Source of the DNA: Burkholderiales bacterium
Lineage (GTDB): Bacteria; Pseudomonadota; Gammaproteobacteria; Burkholderiales; Casimicrobiaceae
NCBI GenBank assembly: GCA_043757535.1
Contig: JAYVPF010000186.1
Span: 1-60,162, forward strand
Length of the DNA stretch: 60,162 nucleotides
Direction of reading: 5' to 3'
Part shown: in pieces, positions 20,234 to 30,826 of the stretch
Layout of the letters: each line of letters starts with the position of its first letter
Position numbering within the stretch: position 1 is the first letter of the stretch
Translations under genes and position numbers: made by a program
The notes under the pieces: generated by a model
Told to the model about the DNA's origin: nothing
What the model saw: the letters and a program-made list of their open reading frames with translations, nothing else
Database searches by the model: none

Positions 20234-21958
20234 ATGAAACTCAGCCACTTTTTCCTCTCCACCACTAAAGAAGCGCCCGCCGAAGCGGAAATCGTCTCGC
20301 ACCAGTTGATGATGCGCGCAGGCATGATCAAAAAGCTCGGTGCCGGCATTTACACCTGGATGCCGCTCGGCGTTCGCGTGCTGCGCAAGGTCGAAAACAT
20401 CGTGCGCGAAGAGATGAACGCTGCGGGCGCGGTGGAGCTTCTGATGCCAGTGATTCAGCCCGCCGAGCTGTGGCAGGAATCGGGCCGCTGGGACAAGATG
20501 GGCCCGGAGATGATGCGCATCAAGGATCGCCATGATCGCGACTTTATCGTGCAGCCAACGAGCGAGGAAGTGATCACCGACATCGCGCGGCAGGAGCTGC
20601 GCTCATGGCGTCAGTTGCCGAGAAATTTCTATCACATTCAAACCAAATTCCGCGACGAGCGTCGTCCGCGTTTTGGTGTGATGCGCTCGCGTGAATTCAT
20701 CATGAAGGACGCGTATTCGTTCGATATCGACAAAGATGGCTTGATGAAAAGCTATCAGAACATGTACGACGCTTACAGCAAAATTTTCACCCGCCTCGGC
20801 CTTGAGTTCCGCGCCGTGAATGCCGACACCGGCAACATCGGTGGCTTCGCGTCGCATGAGTTTCAGGTGCTCGCCGACAGCGGTGAGGACGTGATCGCGT
20901 ACGCCCCGGATTCAGACTTCGCGGCGAACATTGAAATGGCGGAGGGGGTTGTGCCCGCTGACGCGCGAGCCGCAGCCAGCAAGGCGCTGGAGCTGGTGCA
21001 TACGCCCGGCCAGACGACTTGTGAAGACGTAAGTACATTCCTGAAATTGCCGCTTGAGCGGCAGCTTAAAGCGATGATGTACATGAGCGATTCAGGATTC
21101 GTACTCTGCATGTTACGTGCCGATCACATGGTCAACGAAATCAAGCTGGGTAAAGTGCCAGTGTTGGCTAACTACCGACCCGCAACGCCGGAAGAAATCG
21201 AAGCTCACCTCGGCGTCGAGCCCGGTTACTGTGGGCCGGTTCCACGCCATGGCAATGCGCATCCCGACAGAGTAATCGTGGTGGCAGATCGCACTGCAGC
21301 AGCGATGGCGGACTTCATCTGCGGAGCCAACGAAATGGGCTATCACGTCACAGGAGGCAACTGGGGGCGCGATTGCCCTGAACCGGATGTTGTGGCCGAT
21401 ATTCGCAATGTCGTCGACGGCGATGCGTCGCCCGATGGCAAGGGTGTACTCAAGCTGCGTCGCGGTATCGAGGTAGGCCATGTGTTCGCGCTAGGGCAAG
21501 CGTATTCCGCCAAGCTCGGTGCGAAGTTCCTCGATAAGGATCAAAAGGAGCAGGTCATGGAAATGGGCTGCTACGGCATCGGCATCACACGCATCGTGGC
21601 CGCTGCGATTGAGCAGAACCATGACGAAAAGGGCATCATCTGGCCGCAGGCAATGGCACCATTTGCTATCGTGATCGCGGCGCTGGGCTACGATCGCAGT
21701 GCAGAGGTGAAAGCGGCGGCTGATTCTCTCTACGCTGCGCTGACTGCCTCAGGCATTGATGTCGCGCTCGATGATCGTGGCGAGCGTCCCGGCGTGATGT
21801 TCGCGGAGCTGGAATTGATCGGCATCCCGCACCGCATCACCATCGGTGATCGTGGCTTGAAGGAAGGCATGGTCGAGTATCAGGCGCGCAGAGATACAGC
21901 GGCGACGAAAGTGTCACTCGCGGAGATCGCTGCGTTTGTTGCCAAGGCGCTGGCATAA
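20234..21958 (+). CDS. proS: proline--tRNA ligase
   Basis: [43 protein letters not shown]. Confidence 0.97.
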   Translation: MKLSHFFLSTTKEAPAEAEIVSHQLMMRAGMIKKLGAGIYTWMPLGVRVLRKVENIVREEMNAAGAVELLMPVIQPAELWQESGRWDKMGPEMMRIKDRHDRDFIVQPTSEEVITDIARQELRSWRQLPRNFYHIQTKFRDERRPRFGVMRSREFIMKDAYSFDIDKDGLMKSYQNMYDAYSKIFTRLGLEFRAVNADTGNIGGFASHEFQVLADSGEDVIAYAPDSDFAANIEMAEGVVPADARAAASKALELVHTPGQTTCEDVSTFLKLPLERQLKAMMYMSDSGFVLCMLRADHMVNEIKLGKVPVLANYRPATPEEIEAHLGVEPGYCGPVPRHGNAHPDRVIVVADRTAAAMADFICGANEMGYHVTGGNWGRDCPEPDVVADIRNVVDGDASPDGKGVLKLRRGIEVGHVFALGQAYSAKLGAKFLDKDQKEQVMEMGCYGIGITRIVAAAIEQNHDEKGIIWPQAMAPFAIVIAALGYDRSAEVKAAADSLYAALTASGIDVALDDRGERPGVMFAELELIGIPHRITIGDRGLKEGMVEYQARRDTAATKVSLAEIAAFVAKALA

Positions 21959-22666
21959 ATGGCCGTTGCAGGAGCGGCTTGCCGCGACCAAACACTCCGA
22001 GGTCGCCGCAAGGGTTCGAACGCCCCCTTGGGCCGCGGAAAGCCGCTCCTACAGTTCATCGCGGAAGTTTTTCGCCTGCGACTTGTCATCAGTGCATTTT
22101 TTCTAGTCGCTGGCAACATCGTCTTCGCTGGCGCGCAAGCCGAAGAAAAACTCACCGCCAGCGTACAGACGACGCTCGCCTCTGCCATCGCAGACCGCAG
22201 CGCGCAGCGCCTGATCGGCGATCCGAAGGAAGTACAGGCGTGGCTCGCCGAGATGTCTTCGCGCCTGGCGAAACGCATGCCGGATTCAGAGCAGCGCAAC
22301 GAATTTCTGGTAACGATTCAGTACGAAGCCAGCCGTGCCGGGCTCGACCCGCAACTGGTGCTGGCAGTCATCAATCACGAAAGCGCATTTCGCAAATATG
22401 CGATTTCGTCCGCCTCGGCGCGCGGTTTCATGCAGGTGATGCCGTTCTGGGTAAAACTCATCGGAACGCCAGCGCACAACCTGTTTCACCTGCGCACCAA
22501 TCTGCGTTACGGTTGCGTGATCCTGCGCCACTATCTCGACATTGAGAAAGGTGACGTGGTGCGCGCGTTGGCCCGCTACAACGGCTCGCTTGGGCGCTTT
22601 GAATATCCAAACACGGTGCTCGGAATGCAGGAAAGCCGCTGGAAGTGGTCGTCTCCCAAGACCTAA
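21959..22666 (+). CDS. lytic transglycosylase (SLT) domain protein; start uncertain
   Basis: LVLAVINHESAF, ARGFMQVMPFW, NLRYGC, ALARYNGS. Confidence 0.85.
   Translation: MAVAGAACRDQTLRGRRKGSNAPLGRGKPLLQFIAEVFRLRLVISAFFLVAGNIVFAGAQAEEKLTASVQTTLASAIADRSAQRLIGDPKEVQAWLAEMSSRLAKRMPDSEQRNEFLVTIQYEASRAGLDPQLVLAVINHESAFRKYAISSASARGFMQVMPFWVKLIGTPAHNLFHLRTNLRYGCVILRHYLDIEKGDVVRALARYNGSLGRFEYPNTVLGMQESRWKWSSPKT
21968..22052. repeat. GTAG-type REP doublet inside the 5' part of the SLT ORF
   Basis: GCAGGAGCGGCTTGCCGCGACC ... GGCCGCGGAAAGCCGCTCCTAC. Confidence 0.8.
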
Positions 22667-23592
22667 TCGCAAGCACCGCCGCCTACGTTGGTCGCTTCGC
22701 GCCGTCCCCGACGGGGCCATTGCATTTTGGTTCACTGGTTGCTGCGTTGGCCAGCTACGCCGACTGCCGCGCAGCGGCCGGTAAATGGTTGCTGCGCATC
22801 GAAGACGTCGATACGCCGCGCTGTACGAAGCGCGCCGAGACTGAGATACTGCGTCAGCTTGCCGTCTACGGTTTTGAAGCAGATGGCGCCGTCGTTCGGC
22901 AAAGTGCGCGGGCCGATCTCTACGACGTCGCGTTGAAGCAGTTGAGCGACGCGGGCCAAATATTTGCCTGCACCTGTACGCGAAAAATGCTCAGAATGGC
23001 AACACGCAATACGTGGGGCGAGCTCATTTATCCGGGGCGATGCCGTGAACTGGCGCTCATCGAATCGGCACCTGCGGCGGCACTCCGGCTACGAGTGCTA
23101 ACGAATCCCGATGCGCATATTGCGTTCACGGACCGCGCGTTGGGGGCGCTCACACAACGCGTCGACACCGACGTGGGTGACTTCATTTTGCGCCGCTCTG
23201 ATGGACTCTACGCCTACCAGCTCGCGGTAGTGGTGGACGACGCGGCGCAAGGTGTTAGCGATGTCGTTCGTGGCGAAGATTTGTTGATGAACACGCCACG
23301 ACAAATCTATTTACAGCGCCGCCTGGGCTGCGCGACCCCGCGCTACCTGCATGTGCCGTTGGCCCGAAACGAGGCGGGAGAAAAGCTCTCGAAGCAAACG
23401 CGGGCATTAGCAATCTCGCCAGACAGCGCGGTTCCGACGCTGCAGGCAGCGTGGTCATTTCTAAATCAGCGCGATGTGGGCCGTGTGGCATCGGTCGCAC
23501 AGTTCTGGAAACAGGCAATTCTGTTCTGGAACCCGGCGTTGATGTGGCCGACCCAACCGGGAGCGATTGCCTCTGATAACACACTCTCATAG
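22645..23592 (+). CDS. gluQ: glutamyl-Q tRNA(Asp) synthetase
   Basis: GRFAPSPTGPLHFGS, LRIEDVD, CTCTRK, YQLAVVVDD, KLSKQ; no anticodon domain. Confidence 0.93.
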   Translation: MVVSQDLIASTAAYVGRFAPSPTGPLHFGSLVAALASYADCRAAAGKWLLRIEDVDTPRCTKRAETEILRQLAVYGFEADGAVVRQSARADLYDVALKQLSDAGQIFACTCTRKMLRMATRNTWGELIYPGRCRELALIESAPAAALRLRVLTNPDAHIAFTDRALGALTQRVDTDVGDFILRRSDGLYAYQLAVVVDDAAQGVSDVVRGEDLLMNTPRQIYLQRRLGCATPRYLHVPLARNEAGEKLSKQTRALAISPDSAVPTLQAAWSFLNQRDVGRVASVAQFWKQAILFWNPALMWPTQPGAIASDNTLS

Positions 23593-23649
23593 CCCGATGT
23601 CGGCAAAATCTATAATTGAAGGTTACCCAGAAAAAAGAAAGCAGATGTT

Positions 23650-24234
23650 ATGACCACTCTTGTTGTGGTGCGCAAAGGCAATATGGCTGCGATTGCAGCC
23701 GATTCACTCACCACGTTTGGAGATACGCGTTTATCTGATCGTTTTGATGCCTCTTCCGACAAAATGGTGCGTTATGGCGACACCGTCATCGCTTTGTGCG
23801 GTAGTGCAGCGCATCAACTGGTGTATGAAAACCTGCTCTCGACCGCCAAGGATTTGAACTTCAACAGCAAGTCGGAAATTTTTGAGACCTTTCGCAAACT
23901 GCACGCAATTCTTAAAGATCAGCATTACCTCAACCCGAAGGAAGAGGACGAGGACGCTTATGAGAGCACGCATGTCACCGCGCTGATTGCCAATCCGACG
24001 GGTATTTATGGCATTTACTCGATGCGTGAGGTGTTCGAATTCAAACGATTCTGGGCTGCGGGATCGGGCCGCGAATATGCGCTGGGCGCGATGAACGCGC
24101 TGTACGACCAGCTCGATTCCGTAGAAGCGATTGCGCGCATTGGTGTTGAGGCCGGTGCCACGTTCGACAAGAATTCGTCGTTACCGCTGCAAGTGGTGAC
24201 CATCCCGATGACGCCGCTGGTGACGGCGGCTTAA
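23650..24234 (+). CDS. proteasome-like Ntn-hydrolase (BPH, betaproteobacterial proteasome homologue type)
   Basis: M-TTLVVV...AADSLTTFG N-terminal Thr, AGSG motif, adjacent to Hsp33. Confidence 0.8.
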   Translation: MTTLVVVRKGNMAAIAADSLTTFGDTRLSDRFDASSDKMVRYGDTVIALCGSAAHQLVYENLLSTAKDLNFNSKSEIFETFRKLHAILKDQHYLNPKEEDEDAYESTHVTALIANPTGIYGIYSMREVFEFKRFWAAGSGREYALGAMNALYDQLDSVEAIARIGVEAGATFDKNSSLPLQVVTIPMTPLVTAA

Positions 24235-24257
24235 CAACGCGGTTCCGCTCTACGAAT

Positions 24258-25166
24258 ATGGACAAGCTATCCGCAGGCTACGATCAACTCATGCGTTTCT
24301 GGCTCGACACCGCGCCAGCCCGTGGCGTGGTCGTGCGGCTGGAAGACAGCCTGACTCGGGCGATGCAGCATCACGACTACCCGAAAGCGGTGGTCGCGCT
24401 GCTGCGGCAACTGGCTGGAGCGGCGGCGTTGCTGGCGAGTAATCTCAAACAGAGCGCTCAGATCATCCTGCAAGCTCAGGGAACAGGCAACGTGCCACTG
24501 CTCTGCGTCGAGGCCACGGACGCACTCACGTTTCGACTCTATGCCAGCGTTCGCGAAGGCGTCGCGATTGCACCAGATGCATCGCTGTATTCGCTGGTTG
24601 CGCCCGACGGTGAGGGTCGCTTCGTGCTAACGATTTCGCCAGCTGACGGACAGATTTATCAGGGCATCGTAGCGCTCAACGAAGGCGGCGTTGCCGAGCT
24701 GCTGGAAGCGTATTTGACCAACTCGCAGCAAACGCAAACGCGCCTGTGGCTGCGGCAGGACGGCGACGTGATGGAAGCGATGTTGTTGGAGCGCCTGCCG
24801 GACAGTGCGGATGAGGCGACTCCGGCCTGGAACGCTGTGGTCGCGCAGGCGGAGCAAACGTTTTCGGAGCATTTCATGCCGTTCCCGTATCGCGAGTGGC
24901 TACAGTTCACGTTCGCCAGTCACGCGGTCAAAGTTCATCCTGCGCAGGTGGTTAAATTTGCATGCACATGCAGCATGGAGCGCGTACTGAATGCGCTGAA
25001 ACTCGTCGGTGAAGCTGAGCTACAACCGCTGATTGAAGCGCAGGGAAAGATCGCGACGCATTGCGAGTTTTGCGGCAAAGCGTACGAGGTCAATGCCGCA
25101 TCATTCACGGAGCTGTTTCGCCGTAACGATGCGCTGCATCCGCCCGGTTCGCAGTTATTGCAATAG
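24258..25166 (+). CDS. hslO: Hsp33 redox chaperone
   Basis: YQGIV, YLTNSQQ, CTCS...CEFC zinc motif. Confidence 0.92.
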   Translation: MDKLSAGYDQLMRFWLDTAPARGVVVRLEDSLTRAMQHHDYPKAVVALLRQLAGAAALLASNLKQSAQIILQAQGTGNVPLLCVEATDALTFRLYASVREGVAIAPDASLYSLVAPDGEGRFVLTISPADGQIYQGIVALNEGGVAELLEAYLTNSQQTQTRLWLRQDGDVMEAMLLERLPDSADEATPAWNAVVAQAEQTFSEHFMPFPYREWLQFTFASHAVKVHPAQVVKFACTCSMERVLNALKLVGEAELQPLIEAQGKIATHCEFCGKAYEVNAASFTELFRRNDALHPPGSQLLQ

Positions 25167-25172
25167 ACTTCA

Positions 25173-25640
25173 ATGGCGCTGCTTATGCCCGAAACGAATG
25201 TTGTTCGCATCGACAAGTGGCTCTGGGCTGCGCGCTTTTTTAAAACGCGCTCGGGGGCCACTGATGCGATCAACTCAGGTCATGTTCGTCGCGCTTCAGT
25301 GGGCTCCGTTTCGGGGGATCGCGTGAAGCCTGCGCACACGGCGCACGTCGGTGAGACCTATGCCCTACAGCGCGGCGACCTAATGCAGCAGGTGTTGGTC
25401 ACCGCCGTCTCCGAGCGACGCGGATCGGCCGTGGACGCGGCGTTGCTGTACCGCGAAACCGACGCAAGCATTGCCGCGCGGCTTGAGCAGCAAGCGCTCC
25501 GCGCTGCCGCCGATGCCGCTATGGGCGGGCGCGGCACGCCGCAGTTTCGCGGTCGCCCGACCAAGCAGGATCGGCGCAAATTGGCTGACATGTTCGCCAA
25601 AAACTATACCCATCAAAGCTCGCTGGACGGCAACGAATGA
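25173..25640 (+). CDS. hslR: Hsp15 S4-domain RNA-binding protein
   Basis: RIDKWLWAARFFKTRS, GRPTKQDRR. Confidence 0.92.
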   Translation: MALLMPETNVVRIDKWLWAARFFKTRSGATDAINSGHVRRASVGSVSGDRVKPAHTAHVGETYALQRGDLMQQVLVTAVSERRGSAVDAALLYRETDASIAARLEQQALRAAADAAMGGRGTPQFRGRPTKQDRRKLADMFAKNYTHQSSLDGNE

Positions 25641-26524
25641 CACTCAATTTTACCGGCGAACGCTTCCTGCCCGAATGCGCAGGAGAGATGATTTATGAGC
25701 ACTGGCATCGCTACCTGATCGTGCGCAATTATGTCGCCGGGAAACGTGTGCTTGATGTGGCCAGCGGCGAAGGCTACGGTTCGCATCTGTTATCAACGTC
25801 CGCTTCCAGCGTCGTTGGCGCTGACATTTCAGCCGATGCCGTAGTGCATGCAAACGGCCGCTACGCGAATGAAAATCTGCGCTACGTCACTGCCGATTGC
25901 ATCCAAATCCCCGAACCAGCCGCCAGCTTTGATGTCATCGTTTCGTTCGAGACGATTGAACACATGACGGGGCACGAAGCGTTTCTGCATGAAGTAGATC
26001 GCTTGCTCGCACCAGACGGCATCTTCATCATCTCGTCACCCAATCGCCCGGAATACAGCGGCAAGACCGGTTACAAAAACGAGTTTCACGTTAAAGAACT
26101 GGATCGCGCCGAACTTAAAGCGCTGCTCGATCCGCACTTTCCGGCGCAAGCATGGTTTGCCCAACGCGCCGCATTTCATTCGATGGTGTGGCCACTCGAT
26201 ACAGCCGCGACCAGTGCTGCCGCTCTCACCGCACAAGGCAACACGGCTTATCCCGAACCGCTTTACTTTTTAGTCCTCTGTGCGCGCCATCAAACGATGC
26301 TCGATGGGGTTAAACAGGAGTTAAGTCTGGTCACAGATCGAGAGCAATCGGTGTATGCCGAATGGTCGCGAACCTATCGCGAAAATGCCATGCTGCATGC
26401 TGAAATTGCAACCCTTAAGTCCACGCCGCCTGCTGTCTCGGTCGTCGCGACTATAGCCCCCCTTGCGCCAGCGCAGGAGCCGTGGCTCGTGCGCATGGCG
26501 CGAGCCATAGTCGGTGCACGCTAG
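25637..26524 (+). CDS. class I SAM-dependent methyltransferase (glycan-cluster type)
   Basis: FTGERFLP, EHWHRY, VLDVASGEGYG, SFETIEH, SSPN. Confidence 0.9.
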   Translation: MTLNFTGERFLPECAGEMIYEHWHRYLIVRNYVAGKRVLDVASGEGYGSHLLSTSASSVVGADISADAVVHANGRYANENLRYVTADCIQIPEPAASFDVIVSFETIEHMTGHEAFLHEVDRLLAPDGIFIISSPNRPEYSGKTGYKNEFHVKELDRAELKALLDPHFPAQAWFAQRAAFHSMVWPLDTAATSAAALTAQGNTAYPEPLYFLVLCARHQTMLDGVKQELSLVTDREQSVYAEWSRTYRENAMLHAEIATLKSTPPAVSVVATIAPLAPAQEPWLVRMARAIVGAR

Positions 26525-26533
26525 CAAACAACG

Positions 26534-29500
26534 ATGACAAAAATACCTGCCGCCGTGACCACATTCGCCGACGCCGGGTTGCCTCGTCTGCTATTCGTAA
26601 CACACGCTTGGGGCGGCGGTGTTGAGCAACAGGTAGCGTCACTCGCAACCTCGCTTTCTGAACGGGCGCGCGTTGCGATACTGCGTCCGTGCGATAACGG
26701 AAGTGTGGAAATGGCGATGCCTTCGGGTGATCGCTACCGCATTGCAAGTGGCGATTGGTCGACATGGGTGGACGCGCTACGTGCACTCCAATTCGAGCGC
26801 GTGCATTTGCATCATGTACATGGCTTTCCGCGCGACATCCTCGAGCTTGATCGATTGCTTGGCGTGCCGCTTGATTGCTCACTGCATGATTACGCGAGTA
26901 TTTGTCCACAGTATCAATTGGTAGACCCGGATGGTCGCTATTGTGGCGAGCCCGATGAAGCGGGTTGTAGTCGTTGCATTCACGGGCGTCCGCATGCGTG
27001 GGCGCTTGGCATAGGGCAATGGCGTGCGGCGTGGTCCACAACGCTTGCTCGCGCTAGTCTTATAACCGCGCCCAGCCAAAGCGTCGCCGACAAAGTGCAT
27101 CACTATCTACCTGATCTTGCTATTCATGTAGCGCCGCACGTGGAGCAGCCTGCGGCGTTTCCGCGCATCGTCAAGGTGGCTCTGTTGGGCGCGCTGTCGA
27201 AGTCAAAAGGCCTGTCGGTTGCGCTCGCAGTGGCGGATATCGCCCAGCGAACGAATTCGCCGGTCGCGCTTCGTTTGATCGGTCATGCTGCCGAACCGCT
27301 GCCAAAAAACCTCACAGCCACCGGCTCTTACGTGGCCGACGACTTGCCGCGTTTGATCGCGGTGGAACGGCCCGACGTTCTGTGGTTGCCATCGCAAGTC
27401 CCGGAGACGTTTTCGTTCACGCTGTCGACTGCCATCGCCTCTGGTGTTCCTATCGTTGCTTCTGAGCTGGGCGCATTTCCAGAGCGCTTAAACGGCGTCG
27501 CGAATGCCTCACTATTGCCGTTTGACTCGTTGCCCGCAGCTTGGCATGATGCGCTGCTCAGTGCAGGCGCGGCTTCAAGCGCACGCTTCACCGCTGTGCC
27601 AACCCGCGCCAGCACGGTCGCACACCGCGACGACGGCGCGGAAACACTTCCAGCCAGCGTTGTGGCGGCTGATCCACGCCCTTTCGCCCGGCTCGTTGAG
27701 CGCAGCCGCTGGATATTGGGGCCCGCGGCGGAGACGCGACGCGCATTGATCGACGTTTTTCGAATCGGAATTTATGGTGGGCATCGTCCGTCGATCAATG
27801 TCATAGAGCGACGGCTCGCGTCGCTTCCGGGCGGCGAGCACGATATTGTTGGCCTTGGCGTCTACGAGTCGGTTGTGCAATTACACGCGGCAACCGCTCA
27901 ATCTCTGGAGGCCACCCAGCAGACACTGGAGACCACGGCACAATCGCTGGATGACACCGCGCATTTGTTGGAAGCCGCCTACCAATCGGTGGCTGCCGCA
28001 CAAAGCGCGCATGCCGAACTGCACGAAGAACACGCCGAAGCAAGTGTTCGCTGGCGGCAAGCACTCGACGAGGCCGACGATCGCGCGGAGGCTGCGCGTA
28101 GTCACATCGCCTATCTCGAAAGCGAGCGCAAGCGTCTGATAGAACACAACGCAGAGATTGATGCGAAACTCGCGGCGCTCTGGGGTAGCACTTCGTGGCG
28201 CATGACGCGCCCGTTGCGTGGCGTCGTCAATGGTTCACGACGCGTGCGCCACGCGCTCGCAGTCACCGCCAGACTCGTTGGCCGCGCTCCGGCACTGGCG
28301 CGCGGCGGCATGGCCCGTTATCGGCGCGGCGGCTGGCGTAGCGTGCGCGATCGCGTCGAACTTGAATTCATACCAATAGAGCCCGTTGTCGCGATTGCGC
28401 TGCCAGATGTTGCAGTGATTCCGATTGAAGCGCTGACGCTGCCGACGACGGTGCACTCACCGGCCGTTTCCATCGTCATTCCTGTCTACGGTCAGCATCC
28501 GACCACGTTTGCCTGCCTCAAAAGCATCGCCGCCGAGCCGCCGCGCGCGAGCTTTGAGGTCGTCATCATGGACGATTGCTCGCCCGATCCCGCCGCGTCA
28601 GCATTTGCAGCAGTGCGGGGCGCGCGCATCATTCGGAACGTTTCCAATCTAGGTTTCATTGGCAACGTTAATGCGGGCGCGCGAGCGGCTCTTGGCGATT
28701 GGCTGATCATTCTCAACAACGACACAGTGCTGCGCCCGAACGCACTGAACGCGTTGCTCGATACGTTCACGCAGCACGCCAATGTCGGCCTCGTCGGCGC
28801 GAAGTTGCTCAATGCCGATGGCACGGTGCAAGAGGCCGGGGGCATTGTCTGGCGCGACGGCAGCGCATGGAACTGGGGGCGCGGGCAAAACCGCGAGGAT
28901 CCCCGATTTAACTTCGTGCGCGATGCGGACTACTGCTCCGGTGCCGCCCTAGCACTACGACGCGACCTGTTTCTGGAGATGGGGGGGTTTGACGCCCATT
29001 ACGCACCCGCCTATTACGAAGACACCGACCTCGCGTTTCGCATTCGGGCGCGTGGCCTGCGCGTGCTTTATCAACCCGCCGCAGAAGTATTTCACCTTGA
29101 AGGCGTGAGCCACGGCAAGAACGAGAACAGCGGCATCAAAGCCTTTCAGGTCACCAACGCGAAGAAGTTCTTCGAACGTTGGCAATCAACGCTGGCAACG
29201 CATCGCGAGAATGCAGCAGAGCCCGAGCTCGAAGCGCACCGGGCGAGCATCAGCAACATCCTGATCGTCGAAGCCTGCATGATTACGCCGGATCAGGACG
29301 CCGGATCGGTGCGCTTGCTGAACATGCTGAAAATGCTCAAACGCGACGGGCATCACGTGACCTTCGTCGCCGACAATCTGGAATACAAACAGAAGTACGT
29401 CACGCTACTGCAACAAATCGGTGTTGAAGTGTTGCATAGTGCGTTCGCCGGAACGATTCGCAAAGTGCTGAAAACGCGCGGCAAGTCGCTTAGTGCGATC

Positions 29501-30343
29501 ATGTTTTGTCGGCACTATATCGCCGCTCGATACGTCGATCAGGTGCGCACCTTTGCACCCACGGCCCGCATCATTTTTGACACGATTGATTTGCATTTCG
29601 TCCGCGAAGAGCGCGAGGCCGAGTTGCGCAATGACGAAACCATGTCGCGCGCAGCGGCGATGACGCGCAGCAAAGAGCTGGCCGTGATGCAGCGATCCGA
29701 TCTCACGCTGGTGGTGTCCGAATTTGAAAAAGACTTGCTCGCTCACATTGCGCCGGCTGCGCACGTCGACATCATCTCGCTCATCAACGATGAAGCACCC
29801 GCGCCGCGCCCGTTTGCGCAACGCAGCGGCATTTTGTTCATCGGCGGCTTCCGTCATCCTCCCAACGTCGACGGTGTGACCTGGTACATCAACGAAGTGT
29901 TGCCACACGTGCGCCTCGCGCTTCCGGGCGTCACCACGACAATCGTTGGCAGCAACATGCCGGAGTCGATCAAAAATCTCGCCTGTGACGGCGTTGACAT
30001 CAAAGGTTTCGTCGAAAACACCGAGCCGCTGTTAGTCGCGGCCCGCATTTCCATTGCTCCGCTGCGCTTCGGTGCGGGCATCAAGGGCAAGATTAACGAA
30101 GCGATGCAGTACGGCATTCCCGTCGTGGCCACGGTCTGCGCGGTTGAGGGAATGCATCTGGAACCCGAAGCCGATGTGCTCGTCAGCGACGACCCCGAGG
30201 CATTCGCCCAAGCCATTGTGCGGGGCTATTCGGACGAAGTCTTATGGCAAAAGCTCTCGCTGGCGGGTCTGCAGAACGTGCGCCAACACTTCTCGATGGC
30301 CGCTGCGTTGCCGGCCGTACGACGGGTGTTTGCGCCGCGCTGA
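26534..30343 (+). CDS. multidomain glycosyltransferase (GT4-like, coiled coil, GT2, GT4-like)
   Basis: GGGVEQ, LHDY, PETFSFTLS; SWRMTRPLR; SIVIPVY, MDDCS, LNNDT, YYEDTDL; PLRFGAGIKGKINEA. Confidence 0.9.
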   Translation: MTKIPAAVTTFADAGLPRLLFVTHAWGGGVEQQVASLATSLSERARVAILRPCDNGSVEMAMPSGDRYRIASGDWSTWVDALRALQFERVHLHHVHGFPRDILELDRLLGVPLDCSLHDYASICPQYQLVDPDGRYCGEPDEAGCSRCIHGRPHAWALGIGQWRAAWSTTLARASLITAPSQSVADKVHHYLPDLAIHVAPHVEQPAAFPRIVKVALLGALSKSKGLSVALAVADIAQRTNSPVALRLIGHAAEPLPKNLTATGSYVADDLPRLIAVERPDVLWLPSQVPETFSFTLSTAIASGVPIVASELGAFPERLNGVANASLLPFDSLPAAWHDALLSAGAASSARFTAVPTRASTVAHRDDGAETLPASVVAADPRPFARLVERSRWILGPAAETRRALIDVFRIGIYGGHRPSINVIERRLASLPGGEHDIVGLGVYESVVQLHAATAQSLEATQQTLETTAQSLDDTAHLLEAAYQSVAAAQSAHAELHEEHAEASVRWRQALDEADDRAEAARSHIAYLESERKRLIEHNAEIDAKLAALWGSTSWRMTRPLRGVVNGSRRVRHALAVTARLVGRAPALARGGMARYRRGGWRSVRDRVELEFIPIEPVVAIALPDVAVIPIEALTLPTTVHSPAVSIVIPVYGQHPTTFACLKSIAAEPPRASFEVVIMDDCSPDPAASAFAAVRGARIIRNVSNLGFIGNVNAGARAALGDWLIILNNDTVLRPNALNALLDTFTQHANVGLVGAKLLNADGTVQEAGGIVWRDGSAWNWGRGQNREDPRFNFVRDADYCSGAALALRRDLFLEMGGFDAHYAPAYYEDTDLAFRIRARGLRVLYQPAAEVFHLEGVSHGKNENSGIKAFQVTNAKKFFERWQSTLATHRENAAEPELEAHRASISNILIVEACMITPDQDAGSVRLLNMLKMLKRDGHHVTFVADNLEYKQKYVTLLQQIGVEVLHSAFAGTIRKVLKTRGKSLSAIMFCRHYIAARYVDQVRTFAPTARIIFDTIDLHFVREEREAELRNDETMSRAAAMTRSKELAVMQRSDLTLVVSEFEKDLLAHIAPAAHVDIISLINDEAPAPRPFAQRSGILFIGGFRHPPNVDGVTWYINEVLPHVRLALPGVTTTIVGSNMPESIKNLACDGVDIKGFVENTEPLLVAARISIAPLRFGAGIKGKINEAMQYGIPVVATVCAVEGMHLEPEADVLVSDDPEAFAQAIVRGYSDEVLWQKLSLAGLQNVRQHFSMAAALPAVRRVFAPR

Positions 30344-30399
30344 CCGTACTAAAAAACTAAACCGCGCCGCGAAAAATTCATTTGCGATCACTCTCGTTT

Positions 30400-30506
30400 T
30401 CATCCTGAGCCTTCGCGAAGGATCCGGTGGCACGCAAAGCACGACCTACTTCGCATCAATCCTTGCAAAAACGACTTGATCTTTCGCTGAGGGCTCGGGA
30501 TGACAA
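30400..30506. repeat. GTCAT...ATGAC-type palindromic repeat doublet
   Basis: TCATCCTGAGCCTTCGCGAAGGATC ... GATCTTTCGCTGAGGGCTCGGGATGA. Confidence 0.75.
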
Positions 30507-30586
30507 CCCGATGTCGGCACGTCGAACGCCCTTTGTCACAGCGACGCATTTCAAAAAAGTCTTGTTTTGCGGTAGCTTAAGCGCGA

Positions 30587-30772
30587 TCAACACAGTTTCG
30601 CCGTGATCCACGCGATGGCCAGATCAACCTGCTGATAGCCCAAAAAAACTAACGCCAAAAGCGCGCTTGCCGCGACCCATGGCAGCGTCCGCAGCAATCG
30701 ATTGCGCCTCGCCGAAGCGGCGTTGGACTGCTCTTCGCGAGGATCACGAGGGGTTGGCGCTACATTTGACAC
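30587..30772 (-). CDS. small membrane hypothetical protein
   Basis: Single hydrophobic segment (WVAASALLALVFLGY); fills an intergenic gap. Confidence 0.5.
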   Translation of the reverse strand: MSNVAPTPRDPREEQSNAASARRNRLLRTLPWVAASALLALVFLGYQQVDLAIAWITAKLC

Positions 30773-30826
30773 CTCGTGATTTTACAATTGCGCGCCGCAG
30801 TGATCCGGCGACGCAAAAGGTTCCTG

